Of a stretch of DNA of 64,000 nt, positions 1 to 8,919 are shown in pieces (position 1 is the stretch's first letter; every line of letters starts with the position of its first letter). A program made the position numbers and the translations under genes. The notes beneath the pieces were generated by a model. That model made no database searches. It saw only the letters and a program-made list of their open reading frames with translations, and was not told where the DNA came from. This stretch comes from an uncultured Clostridia bacterium (lineage in GTDB: Bacteria; Bacillota; Clostridia; Christensenellales; Borkfalkiaceae): contig CAKQRD010000002.1 in NCBI GenBank assembly GCA_934271275.1, forward strand, positions 99,925 through 163,924, written 5' to 3'.

Positions 1-472
1 ATATAAATTTTTTGCCGCGGTAAAAGCCTTCCATAACGCCTATAACCTGCTCTTCTTTTACCCGCTCCAAAGCGAACTGGCTGTCCCCGCAAATGATATA
101 GCCGCCGCCCGTCGCTTCCATTACTCTGTGGAGAACGTATTTATTCCCCGCGCGGATATACAGCGCGACGTCGTACCGTTTGAGCCGTTCTTTTTTTGCG
201 GTCACTATCACGGACTGCCCGCGGTTTTTAAGCGTAGGCCACATACTCACGCCGCTCGGAACGAACGCTATCGCTCCGTTTTTAGCAAGCTCCGCCGCAT
301 AGTCGCTTTTCTCCGCACCCGCGTTTTCCGCGCCCGTTTCGTTTTCGGATACCGAATTTTCCGCGCCCACGATTTCGGCTACCGTTTTTTTTACTGTCGC
401 AGTTTCGGCGGCTTCGCTTTTTTCGGATTTGATGTTTTCGGCTTCGGTTTCGGCAACCTCTTTCCCGGACAT
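1..472 (-). CDS. Partial CDS, 3' end cut by the window edge. Acidic low-complexity N-terminus followed by an S24/S26 (LexA/signal-peptidase-like) serine peptidase domain (GVSMWPTL motif).
   Basis: Manual minus-strand translation from ATG at 472..470 gives MSGKEVAETEAEN...AFVPSGVSMWPTLKNRGQSVIV...YVLHRVMEATGGGYIICGD... with no stop before position 1. No TM helix seen, so a signal peptidase is unlikely. Confidence 0.4.
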   Translation of the reverse strand, partial: MSGKEVAETEAENIKSEKSEAAETATVKKTVAEIVGAENSVSENETGAENAGAEKSDYAAELAKNGAIAFVPSGVSMWPTLKNRGQSVIVTAKKERLKRYDVALYIRAGNKYVLHRVMEATGGGYIICGDSQFALERVKEEQVIGVMEGFYRGKKFI

Positions 473-473
473 A

Positions 474-1154
474 TTAAGCCTCTGCGTCCATACCGGCGAT
501 ACCGGCAACCGCGTCTATCGGGAGCGAGAACACTATGCCGTGCGCACCCGAGGCTTTGCCCGCCTTTTCCATAATGGCGTGCATAATATCGTCTCGTTTT
601 TCGCGCTTTGCGACTATATAAATAATCTCTTTATCCGCGCTTATGGTTATGCCGAAAAATTTGGCGATAGCCGCGCCCGTGCCTTTCGCGCGGACGACCG
701 TGCCACCCGTAGCTCCCGCACCGCGAGCCGCTTCCATAACCGTGTCGCTGTTGCCCTTATCCGCGATTACCGTAAGCATAACGCATTTATATTCAGTATT
801 TTCCATAGCAATCCGCTCTCCTTTATCCGTTTCTTCCGAAAAATATTTTAAGGACGACTCTCCGCCTATTCCGTCTATCGGCAGTATCACGGCTATTCCG
901 CCGCCCGCCGCCGCAAGATTCATTTCATCATACAGTCCTTTTCTTATCTCCGCGGCTTTACCGCCCTCCGCAATGAAACCGAGTATGATTTTTTCGGTTT
1001 TTTCAAGTCCGAACGAGTCGAGAACCGAGGGCATCGCCGTGCCGTTCGCAAGCGTTTCTATAATGTTTTTAACGCCGCGACCTTTCAGAAATTCCTCGAA
1101 ATCCCCGCCGTATTCTCTGTCCGTTATTATCATAACGTATTTATATCCCGTCAT
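474..1154 (-). CDS. Tandem P-II (GlnB-like) domain protein.
   Basis: Two GlnB-like halves are visible (MLTVIADKGNSDTVMEAARGAGATGGTV... and an N-terminal repeat). It lies directly downstream of a DUF1538 membrane protein, which is the typical pairing. Confidence 0.65.
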   Translation of the reverse strand: MTGYKYVMIITDREYGGDFEEFLKGRGVKNIIETLANGTAMPSVLDSFGLEKTEKIILGFIAEGGKAAEIRKGLYDEMNLAAAGGGIAVILPIDGIGGESSLKYFSEETDKGERIAMENTEYKCVMLTVIADKGNSDTVMEAARGAGATGGTVVRAKGTGAAIAKFFGITISADKEIIYIVAKREKRDDIMHAIMEKAGKASGAHGIVFSLPIDAVAGIAGMDAEA

Positions 1155-1167
1155 AAAACCTTCTCTC

Positions 1168-2703
1168 CTATCCTATTATCTCTTCCTTTTCGGAAGCTTC
1201 CGCCTTTCTTTCCGCCGCCTTCTGTTTGAGCTTATACACGAGTCCTAATATCTGAATCGTGATAAGCGGCGTCATCGCGACGAATGCAACCACGCCGAAG
1301 CCTTCGGTTGCGATTGCGGCTTCTCCGCTTACCGCCCTGCAAAAGCCGAGCGCGAGCGGCAGAACGAAGCCCGAGGTCATCGCGCCAGAAGCGACTCCGC
1401 CCGAGTCGAACGCTATCGCCGTGAATATATCCGGTACGACGAACGACAGCGTGAGGGCTATAACGTATGCGGGCAGAAGGAAATACATTATAGGTATATG
1501 TAAAAGTATCCGAAGCATAGACAGCGCAACCGAAACGCCAACGCCTATCATAAGGCTGACCGAGAGTGCCTTCTTCGGTACTGCGCCCGCAGTAATTTCA
1601 TAAACCTGCTTGGTAAGAACGTGTACCGCGGGTTCTGCCGCAACTACGAAAAAGCCTATCAAGAAGCCTATCGGAACCATTATCCATCTGTAAGAAAGAT
1701 TTCCTATCGCCCCGCCGACGTAATTGCCGACCTGCAAGAAGCCCACGTTTACCCCGAGCAAAAACAGCACGAGACCGACGTACGTATACAAAAGACCGAT
1801 TACGATTTTCACCGTGCTTCTTTTATCGTTCTTGTTTCCGAAAAGACGGAACACGAAATAGAAACAGGCTATCGGCAACAACGCTATCGCGACTTCCTTC
1901 ATATACGCGGGAAGTCTTATCGCAAATTCTCTCAACAACTCTCTCGAATCGTTTACGACTATAGTTTCCGTCTGCGTCACGTCGAAAGAGTCGGGACGAT
2001 ATATCATACCGAGTACCATCACCGCGAGAATCGGTCCGACGGAGCAAAGGGCGGTCAGACCGAAGCTGTCTTCTTCCGCGCTGTCGTCGTTACGCATCGC
2101 CGCGATACCCGTACCGATAGCGATTATGAACGGAACGCTCATAGGTCCGGTCGTCACCCCGCCCGAGTCGAACGCGAGCGGCACGAAAGTTTCCGGCACG
2201 AAAAACGAAAGCGTAAACACCAACGTATACAACACGAGAAGAACGTATTTAAGCTTTATTTTAAGCACTATACGGAGAAACGCGACGACGAGGAACACGC
2301 CCACGCCCGCGCCGACCGTGAGAAGCAACACCCAACTGTTCACCGTTGCGGAAAGCTGCCCCGCAAGCACTTGAAGGTCTGGCTCCGATATGGTGATAAG
2401 CACGCCGAGAACGAAAAACACGGGAATTATCAGCCAGATTTTCTTTGAACGCATAACCGTCGAGCCGACGTATTCGCCTATCGGCGTCATTGCGGCGTCC
2501 GCACCGAGGGTAAAAAGTCCTATGCCGATTATGGTTAAAAGCGCGCCGAGAAGGAACGTGAGAAAAAGACCGCTCTCTATCGGCGTAACCGTCGCGCACA
2601 GCACGAAAACTATAAGCGTTATAGGCAAAACCGAGGAAAACGCCTCTTTTATCTTGTCTAAAACTACGGTTTTTGTTCTTCTGAAAGCCGTTCTGCCCTT
2701 CAC
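1168..2703 (-). CDS. DUF1538-family integral membrane protein with an internal duplication; partner of the P-II-like protein.
   Basis: 511 aa, polytopic. Repeated motif FDSGGVTTGPMSVPF / FDSGGVASGAMTSGF, as in tandem DUF1538 repeats. Confidence 0.7.
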   Translation of the reverse strand: MKGRTAFRRTKTVVLDKIKEAFSSVLPITLIVFVLCATVTPIESGLFLTFLLGALLTIIGIGLFTLGADAAMTPIGEYVGSTVMRSKKIWLIIPVFFVLGVLITISEPDLQVLAGQLSATVNSWVLLLTVGAGVGVFLVVAFLRIVLKIKLKYVLLVLYTLVFTLSFFVPETFVPLAFDSGGVTTGPMSVPFIIAIGTGIAAMRNDDSAEEDSFGLTALCSVGPILAVMVLGMIYRPDSFDVTQTETIVVNDSRELLREFAIRLPAYMKEVAIALLPIACFYFVFRLFGNKNDKRSTVKIVIGLLYTYVGLVLFLLGVNVGFLQVGNYVGGAIGNLSYRWIMVPIGFLIGFFVVAAEPAVHVLTKQVYEITAGAVPKKALSVSLMIGVGVSVALSMLRILLHIPIMYFLLPAYVIALTLSFVVPDIFTAIAFDSGGVASGAMTSGFVLPLALGFCRAVSGEAAIATEGFGVVAFVAMTPLITIQILGLVYKLKQKAAERKAEASEKEEIIG

Positions 2704-2897
2704 CTTTCGTCTCCTTTTCTCTTTTTCGTTCCCTTTTATAAACCGCTAAAAAATCGGTTCTTTTATCTTCTTCGTAAAATTTATACGCGTAAATCGCAAA
2801 CGCTCGCTAATCAAATTCTCTCCGCGATATAACCCATATAAGCGCCCGTATACGCGACAATCGCGCGAAAACTCCCTGCAAATTCGCGCGGTTCGTT

Positions 2898-3572
2898 TTA
2901 TAAAAACTTTTCTATATCTATAAGTTTTTTTACTTCCGTCACGCCGTCCGGAACGGTTTTGCCGAGTTCTCCTTGGTTAAACCAAAAGGTTTTTATTCCG
3001 TAATTCACCGCCCCCGCGACGTCCGCGGTGAACGAATCACCTATCATAACGGTTTCTTCCTTTTTTACCGGTGCAAGCGTCTTAAAGCAAACGGCGAAAA
3101 AACGCGGATCGGGCTTTGCAAAGCCTATTTCCTCCGAAACGAATTCGTGCGTGAAATATTTTTTCAGTCCCGAAAATCTCAATCTCGTTTTATTCTGTAC
3201 CGTGGGCGCGTTGCTCGCCGTGCAAAGGGTATATTTTGCCGAAAGATAAGTTAAAAGCTCTTCCGCGCCATCCATTTTCACCGCGCAATGATTAAGATTT
3301 TCCAAAAAGGACTTTTCGACCGCCGTTCCGTCGTAATCGAGACCGAGCCGACCGAGAATTATATCAAAACGCTTTGCGTGCAGCTCCGCGCGCGTCAGCT
3401 CCCCGCTTTCTATTTGCAACCACAGAGAGTCGTTCACGCTTTTAAAAGTCGCGAAATGCTCTTTTACGAACGGCAGACCGTGCGATAAAAAGGCTTCTTC
3501 CATCGCGAGCGCGGCGCTTGCGTTAAAATCGAGCAACGTGTTGTCTATATCGAGCAAAACCGCCTTTATCAT
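2898..3572 (-). CDS. HAD-superfamily hydrolase (YjjG/YfnB-like 5'-nucleotidase family).
   Basis: N-terminal DIDNTLLDF motif I; the downstream GDS..D motif is typical of HAD subfamily IA. Confidence 0.75.
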   Translation of the reverse strand: MIKAVLLDIDNTLLDFNASAALAMEEAFLSHGLPFVKEHFATFKSVNDSLWLQIESGELTRAELHAKRFDIILGRLGLDYDGTAVEKSFLENLNHCAVKMDGAEELLTYLSAKYTLCTASNAPTVQNKTRLRFSGLKKYFTHEFVSEEIGFAKPDPRFFAVCFKTLAPVKKEETVMIGDSFTADVAGAVNYGIKTFWFNQGELGKTVPDGVTEVKKLIDIEKFL

Positions 3573-3794
3573 CGGTACTTTATCCTCCGCGCCGACGGAA
3601 ACAAACGGAAACGTAGCGCCACCCGATACGCAATGCGCGGCAAAAGCGAACCGCGGTGCGGACGAAAGCGAAAACGATAAAATAATCGAACGCGAAACGA
3701 GCCACGCCCACGCAAAAACGCCGTTTGTCGTCGGCTTTAATCTTACTTAATACTTACTCACTATATATTGTACTATATTTCCCGCTTTTTTTCA

Positions 3795-3832
3795 ACGAAA
3801 AAATCGTGCAAAATACTCTTTTTTGCACGATT
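3795..3832 (-). terminator. Rho-independent terminator downstream of rlmD.
   Basis: Hairpin aatcgtgcaaaa-tactc-ttttttgcacgatt preceded by an A-run on the plus strand, which is a T-run on the minus strand. Confidence 0.5.
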
Positions 3833-3894
3833 AACGTTAAAATTATTTTTTTTATTTCTTCGTTTAATAACTTTTACGCGCTCCCGCCTCTTTT

Positions 3895-5301
3895 CTACAC
3901 GATTTTGGAAAGCACGCACAAGGTCTCTATATGTTTCGTCTGGGCGAACATATCGAACGGCTTCACCCCGATTATTTTGTAACGCGGTTTATACTCCGCC
4001 GCGCGCTTTATTCCGTTTTCCGCAAATTCGAGACTCCCGACCAGCAGCCCCACGTCTCTTGCTAGCGTCGAAGGTTTGCACGAAACGTACACGATTTTAT
4101 CTACGTCGCTTTCTATAAGAGCTTTTATTACCTTCCCGTCGCAGCCCTTTCTCGGCGGGTCTAATATAACGGTAACCTTGCCTCCCTCCGCCTTTTCTCT
4201 CTTTACCACGTCGGGCAGAATATCTTCGCACTTGCCGAGTATATTCTGCATTTTATCTTCTAACCCGTTAGCCTTTTTAACCTCGTCCGCAAACGCGACG
4301 GCTTCCGGCACGATTTCTATCCCTATCGCCTTTTTCGCAACGCCCGCAAGGAGCGCGGTCATCACTCCCGCGCCGCTGTAAGCGTCTATCACCGTAACGT
4401 TTTCGTCCGCGCCCGCCGCCGCAAGCACCGAAGAATATAGTTTGTTGCACACCGCGGAATTGACCTGCATAAAGCTTCTCACTCCCGCCTTATATTTCAC
4501 CCCGAGCATTTCCGCAGAAAAATTCGCAGGACCTTTTATCAGTCTGAATTCTTCGCCGTAAATTACGTTGGTATTTTTCGGGTTTACGTTAACGTACAAT
4601 GCAAACGGATATTTTACGGTTTCTTCTAAAATTTTCTCGAATTTCTCCGCGCCGCGGAAATTTTTGTCAGGCGTAACGACGGTTATAAGCAGACTGCCTT
4701 TAACCTCTTTGACGGTTATTTCGCGAACGTCGCCCTGCCCCGTCGTCTCGTCGTACCCGCGATAGCCGTATTCCGACATAAATCTTTTTACGGCGGCAAT
4801 CACACGCCCCGTCCAAGGCGCGTTTATCGGGCAATCGTTTATCGGCACTACTCTGTGCGAATTTTCGGCGTAGAACCCGACGACCGTTTCGCCGTTCTGC
4901 TCCGCCACGGGCAGTTGAAGATTGTTTCTGTATCCGTATTCCTCGCCGTGCGCCGCAGGACGAACCGAAACGTCCAGCCCCGCTATCTTTTTAAAGCAGT
5001 TCTCGACGTTTTTCTCTTTGATTCTAAGTTGTACGGGATATTTTATATGCTGAAGTCTGCACCCGCCGCACTTTCCGAACGCGGGACACGCGGGACGAAC
5101 GCGCTCTTCCGCAGGCGTTAAGATTTCGAGGGCTTTGCCGTACGCGACGCCGTCTTTCACTTTAAGCACCTTATAGCGAACCTTTTCGCCCTTTACGGTG
5201 AACGGCACGAAAACGACTTCTTCGCCGTCCTTTATAACGCCCTCGCACTCCGAACCTATCGCGACGACCGTTCCCACTCTTTCTTCGTTCTTCCTTAGCA
5301 T
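3895..5301 (-). CDS. rlmD: 23S rRNA (uracil-5-)-methyltransferase RlmD/RumA (TRAM domain, Fe-S cysteines, SAM methyltransferase domain).
   Basis: N-terminal TRAM-like beta-barrel; CPAFGKCGGCRLQH cysteine cluster; C-terminal class I SAM methyltransferase motifs (DAYSGAG...). Confidence 0.85.
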   Translation of the reverse strand: MLRKNEERVGTVVAIGSECEGVIKDGEEVVFVPFTVKGEKVRYKVLKVKDGVAYGKALEILTPAEERVRPACPAFGKCGGCRLQHIKYPVQLRIKEKNVENCFKKIAGLDVSVRPAAHGEEYGYRNNLQLPVAEQNGETVVGFYAENSHRVVPINDCPINAPWTGRVIAAVKRFMSEYGYRGYDETTGQGDVREITVKEVKGSLLITVVTPDKNFRGAEKFEKILEETVKYPFALYVNVNPKNTNVIYGEEFRLIKGPANFSAEMLGVKYKAGVRSFMQVNSAVCNKLYSSVLAAAGADENVTVIDAYSGAGVMTALLAGVAKKAIGIEIVPEAVAFADEVKKANGLEDKMQNILGKCEDILPDVVKREKAEGGKVTVILDPPRKGCDGKVIKALIESDVDKIVYVSCKPSTLARDVGLLVGSLEFAENGIKRAAEYKPRYKIIGVKPFDMFAQTKHIETLCVLSKIV

Positions 5302-5430
5302 ATCTTAAAAGTATCCTGTTAGTTTTTTCGTCTTAACCCGTTTTTCCGCCGCTGAGCGGGCTGCTTTAAGTAGCCGTTCCGCCCGCCTCTTCCGCTACCT
5401 CGCGTTCTTTTGCTTCCTTATTCTTTATCG

Positions 5431-5979
5431 CTATTTTACTATTCTTTTAAGAACGCCGTCTAAAAAAGTTTTCGTGACGACGACGTATCTGTCGTAAATA
5501 AAAAAGAAAATCAAGCCGATTACGGGAAGAATATACAAAATTCCGTCGCGAATCCATTCCGCCCACGCGGGAAGCGCGTCGAAAAAATTCACGCCCAGCA
5601 CGAGCGAATAGTAAAAATACATTCCGTATACCGCCGCGACGCACCATATCGCCCCGACGATATAAATTATCGTTTTTTTAACCTGCTTTTCCGCCGCGAA
5701 ATGCCTTATTATCGGGTATAGCCCGAAAAACGCCGCATACGCGGGAAAAACTATCGTGAGCGCGATTTTCGGGAGTGCGATTAAAAGAGCTATCGTTCCG
5801 CCCGCGAGAAACGAAAGCGCCGCGCCCTTATAAGAGCCGTAATACAGCGGCAGAATAACGAACGCGGAAGCGAGTACGAGCGCGATTAAATCCGCAAAAT
5901 CCAGATACGCGCCTACGATAAGACATATTGCGGTAAAGCCCGCGGAAACCGCAGACAACGCGATTACCTTGCTTTTCAT
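5431..5979 (-). CDS. Small polytopic membrane protein; an ECF-transporter S-component is possible.
   Basis: 182 aa with 5-6 hydrophobic helices and no soluble domain. Confidence 0.4.
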   Translation of the reverse strand: MKSKVIALSAVSAGFTAICLIVGAYLDFADLIALVLASAFVILPLYYGSYKGAALSFLAGGTIALLIALPKIALTIVFPAYAAFFGLYPIIRHFAAEKQVKKTIIYIVGAIWCVAAVYGMYFYYSLVLGVNFFDALPAWAEWIRDGILYILPVIGLIFFFIYDRYVVVTKTFLDGVLKRIVK

Positions 5980-6007
5980 TCTTTACGCCTTTTTACGCTT
6001 TTCGCGG

Positions 6008-6625
6008 TTATCTGCAACACATATTGCATAAAAGGTTTACACAACACCAAGTTCCGCAGAAAGAAAGACAATCGTTTGCGGCGCTTCCGCCCATCTGTTT
6101 ATCGTCGCGATAGCCGTTCGCGCCGCCCGCGCCGTACGCGGTATTGCCCGAAGTGAACTGCCGCTCGTTAAATTCCATTTTCTGCTTTAATTTGGTATAA
6201 GCGTCCGAATATTTCTGATTATGCGGCTCTATGTTCATAGCTATTTCGAGTTGCTTTTTACTCTCGTTAAGCCAGTTCTTTTTATAGAAAACGACCGATT
6301 GCAGATAGTGCCATTCCGCGCTTCTGTCGGTAACGTTATCGAGCGCGGTCTGCGCTTCCGCTATCTTGCCCGCTTTAAGAAGCTTTTCAACCTCTTCGAG
6401 ACTTTCGGGTTCTTTGCCGTCGGGCTTTGCGGTATTTCTTCTCGACTCTTTTATTTCCTGATACGCCGTCTCGAGCTTGGTAAGGTTTTTGGCGGCGAGA
6501 TTGCCCGCCTCGCCCTCTAAAAAACGATCTCTCGAATATTCGTCTTTAAGCCGCGAGTAAGCCGCTTCGATTTCTTCGTCGGTAGCGTTTTCGCTAACCC
6601 CTAAGATTTTGTAGAATTCTTGCAT
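6008..6625 (-). CDS. J-domain-like protein lacking the HPD motif, with a Cys-rich C-terminal tail.
   Basis: N-terminus FYKILGVSENATDEEIEAAYSRLKDEYSRDRF aligns to a DnaJ J-domain but carries SRD where HPD is expected. The C-terminus CLSFCGTWCCVNLLCNMCCR has 8 Cys in 20 residues. Confidence 0.6.
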   Translation of the reverse strand: MQEFYKILGVSENATDEEIEAAYSRLKDEYSRDRFLEGEAGNLAAKNLTKLETAYQEIKESRRNTAKPDGKEPESLEEVEKLLKAGKIAEAQTALDNVTDRSAEWHYLQSVVFYKKNWLNESKKQLEIAMNIEPHNQKYSDAYTKLKQKMEFNERQFTSGNTAYGAGGANGYRDDKQMGGSAANDCLSFCGTWCCVNLLCNMCCR

Positions 6626-7467
6626 TTTTTATTCTCCGTTATGCGTTTGGTTTCCGAAAGCAACCCGCGCTTCAATACGTTCTTCACGAGGTCGCCGTTG
6701 AATTTGTAGTCTATTTTATCTGTAAGCTCTGAAATTTCGCTTAAAACCGTGCCGAACAGAACGGCAAGTTCCGCGCCCTTTTCTTTCACGAGCGATTCTT
6801 TGCTTTCTATATCTTTATAAGCGTTTACGAATACGTTGAATTCGCCGCGCTTTTTATCCTTGTCGAAGTCGTCTAACGCGTCGATTAAATATATCCATTT
6901 ACCGAGATCGTACGAGAGGGTTTTGACCTCTTCCGTCGCGGATTCGCCCGCAAGTTCGGTGACGATTTCTTTCATCATATTGCCGAAAGGATCGGCTACC
7001 ATATCGGGACTGTCCGAACCGTTTTTCTCGTACCCGAGAAGCTCCGCGTATCTGTCTTTTACGATTTTATCGAGAACGGGTTCGCGTTTTTTGGCTTTTT
7101 TGTAGCCGCCCGCAAAAAACGAGCGTTTGAGCCGACCTTTTCCCGAATCCATAACGTCGTCCGAAAGCTTGTACCTTGCGAGAATAACGTTTAAGCAAGC
7201 GATTCTTTCGGTAAGCTCGTCGCGGGAAGCGACGGGGCGTTTTACGATATGGTGAATTATACAGCGTTCCTTTTTTATTTCTACGTCTTTTCCGCAAACG
7301 TTATGCAGAAAAGCGGACAAAAACGTGAGGTCATAGTTAAGGAGAAAGCGCGCGTTCGTGCCGCAGGTTTTGCCTATGCTTTTACAAAGACCGCAATACA
7401 TAGCTTTATAAAGAACAGTGTCCTTTACGAACATATACGGCATATCGGTTTTAACGTACCCGAACAT
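6601..7467 (-). CDS. DUF5685-like hypothetical protein, conserved next to the J-like protein in Clostridia.
   Basis: 288 aa, with cysteine pairs (YCGLCKSIGKTCG) at the N-terminus. Its 3' end overlaps the J-like gene by 25 nt, suggesting co-transcription. Confidence 0.5.
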   Translation of the reverse strand: MFGYVKTDMPYMFVKDTVLYKAMYCGLCKSIGKTCGTNARFLLNYDLTFLSAFLHNVCGKDVEIKKERCIIHHIVKRPVASRDELTERIACLNVILARYKLSDDVMDSGKGRLKRSFFAGGYKKAKKREPVLDKIVKDRYAELLGYEKNGSDSPDMVADPFGNMMKEIVTELAGESATEEVKTLSYDLGKWIYLIDALDDFDKDKKRGEFNVFVNAYKDIESKESLVKEKGAELAVLFGTVLSEISELTDKIDYKFNGDLVKNVLKRGLLSETKRITENKKCKNSTKS

Positions 7468-7599
7468 TTGCGATTTCCTCCTTTACTTATTTTAACGAAA
7501 CTTGTTTTTGAGATTCTTCGTAAGCACGTCAATGACGGTCGGACTCAGAATGACGCCCGCTTTGATTCGGCACAAAAAATATTTTACGCCGCCGAATAT

Positions 7600-7875
7600 G
7601 CAGTCGCAAGACTTGCTTGCCGCTAAACTCTCACTTAATTGAGGACGAAGAATCGTGCGGATTGCGACAGCCGGCAAGCGAGACCGCAGGGAGTGTACAA
7701 AAGCGTACACGACCAAGGCGAGCGAAGCACGCAGTCGCAAGACGTTCTCTGTAAAGAGTGCGGAGAGTGGTGAAGATTGCCGCAGCAGGCGAGAAGGCAC
7801 GAAGGGCGCATACAATACCGTATGTAACCGAGTGCCGCCAAGCACGCAGCGGCAAGATTTGCCGCTATACGCGCT
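7600..7875. repeat. Diverged tandem direct repeats: about 131 nt, then 115 nt, then a partial third copy, each starting GCAGTCGCAAGAC / GCAGCGGCAAGAT.
   Basis: Copy 1 is 7600-7730, copy 2 is 7731-7845, and a partial copy starts at 7846. Shared blocks are gcagtcgcaagac, gattgcgacagccggcaagcgagaccgcagg versus gattgccgcagcaggcgagaaggcacgaagg, and gcgagcgaagcac versus gccgccaagcac. Confidence 0.55.
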
Positions 7876-7877
7876 CG

Positions 7878-8888
7878 TCAACCCCTTTTGAGAGGAACGA
7901 GTCCTACTTTCTTATACACCTTATTCAAAGTTCTGTACGCAAGTCTCGAAGCTCTTTCCGCACCGTTTTTTAAAACGTCGTCTAAATAATCTTTATTCTG
8001 CAAAAGTCTGTTCTTTTCCTGACGGATAGGCTCTATAGTCTCGGCGACGGCTTCCCCTGCCGCAAGCTTGAAATCGCCGTAGCCTTTGCCCGCAAATTCC
8101 TTTTCCGCATCCTCGATGCTCTTATCGGTAAACGCGGAATAAATCGTAAGAAGATTCGTTATCCCCGGCTTATCGGGCGAAGCGATGATTTTGTCGTCGC
8201 TGTCCGTGACTGCGCGCTTGAATTTTCGCACTACCGTCGCGGGATCGTCGTCCATAGAAATAAATGCGTTCAGGTTCGCGTCCGACTTACTCATCTTTCT
8301 GTCGGGTTCGGCTAAACTCATAACGCGCGCCGCGGACTTACTTATATATCCCTCGGGTATCTTGAACGTTTCTCCGTATCTGTTGTTAAAGCGTATCGCA
8401 AGGTCGCGGGCGATTTCCAGATGCTGTTTCTGATCCGCGCCGATAGGCACAAGCTCCGTCTGATACAAAAGTATGTCCGACGCCATAAGTACGGGATAAT
8501 CCATAAGTCCCATGTTCACGTTGTCCTCGTGCTTTAAGCTTTTGTCCTTAAACTGCGTCATTCTCGAAAGCTCGCCCGGATAACATATCGTATTCAATAT
8601 CCAGGTAAGCTCCGCGTGCGCGGCGACGTGCGACTGCAAAAATATAACCGACTCTTCGGGATTAAGTCCGCACGCAAGGTACAGCGCGCAAAGCTCGTAG
8701 GTGTTTTTGCGAAGCACCGCGGGATCCTGCCGCACCGTAAGCGTATGAAGGTCCGCAAGCATAAACACGCTTTCGTAGTCGTTCTGCAACTTCTTGAAAT
8801 TTTTAAGCGCGCCGAGATAGTTGCCTATCGTGAGTATTCCGCTCGGCTGAATCGCGCTGAACATAACCTTTTTGTCTGACATAATCAT
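7878..8888 (-). CDS. trpS: Tryptophan--tRNA ligase.
   Basis: The N-terminal region (FSAIQPSGILTIGNYLGALKNF) and the KMSKS motif match class I TrpRS. Confidence 0.9.
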   Translation of the reverse strand: MIMSDKKVMFSAIQPSGILTIGNYLGALKNFKKLQNDYESVFMLADLHTLTVRQDPAVLRKNTYELCALYLACGLNPEESVIFLQSHVAAHAELTWILNTICYPGELSRMTQFKDKSLKHEDNVNMGLMDYPVLMASDILLYQTELVPIGADQKQHLEIARDLAIRFNNRYGETFKIPEGYISKSAARVMSLAEPDRKMSKSDANLNAFISMDDDPATVVRKFKRAVTDSDDKIIASPDKPGITNLLTIYSAFTDKSIEDAEKEFAGKGYGDFKLAAGEAVAETIEPIRQEKNRLLQNKDYLDDVLKNGAERASRLAYRTLNKVYKKVGLVPLKRG

Positions 8889-8919
8889 ACCCTTTTTCTA
8901 TTGAAAATACCTTGAATTT

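Noticed and set aside
128-1248. Plus-strand ORFs 128..574, 429..851 and 643..1248 from the six-frame track.
   Set aside because: - They overlap the P-II-like gene and the partial peptidase gene on the opposite strand.
- Their translations are Arg/Phe/Pro-rich low-complexity sequence typical of antisense shadow ORFs in GC-rich DNA.
1621-2448. 275-aa plus-strand ORF inside the DUF1538 gene; a similar long antisense ORF sits at 20658..21821, and others at 23402..24394, 34873..35874 and 60689..61354.
   Set aside because: - They lie fully inside well-supported minus-strand genes.
- They are Arg/His/Phe-rich with no motifs, so they are shadow ORFs.
7492-7973. Cluster of 68-129-aa ORFs on both strands between DUF5685 and trpS.
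   Set aside because: - They coincide with the tandem-repeat region and overlap each other in several frames.
- Their Cys/Arg-rich translations look like artefacts of the repeat, not genes.
8889-8919. Possible T-box leader upstream of trpS.
   Set aside because: - Only 31 nt separate trpS from thrC, so there is no room for a T-box of about 250 nt.
- trpS is probably read through from thrC.
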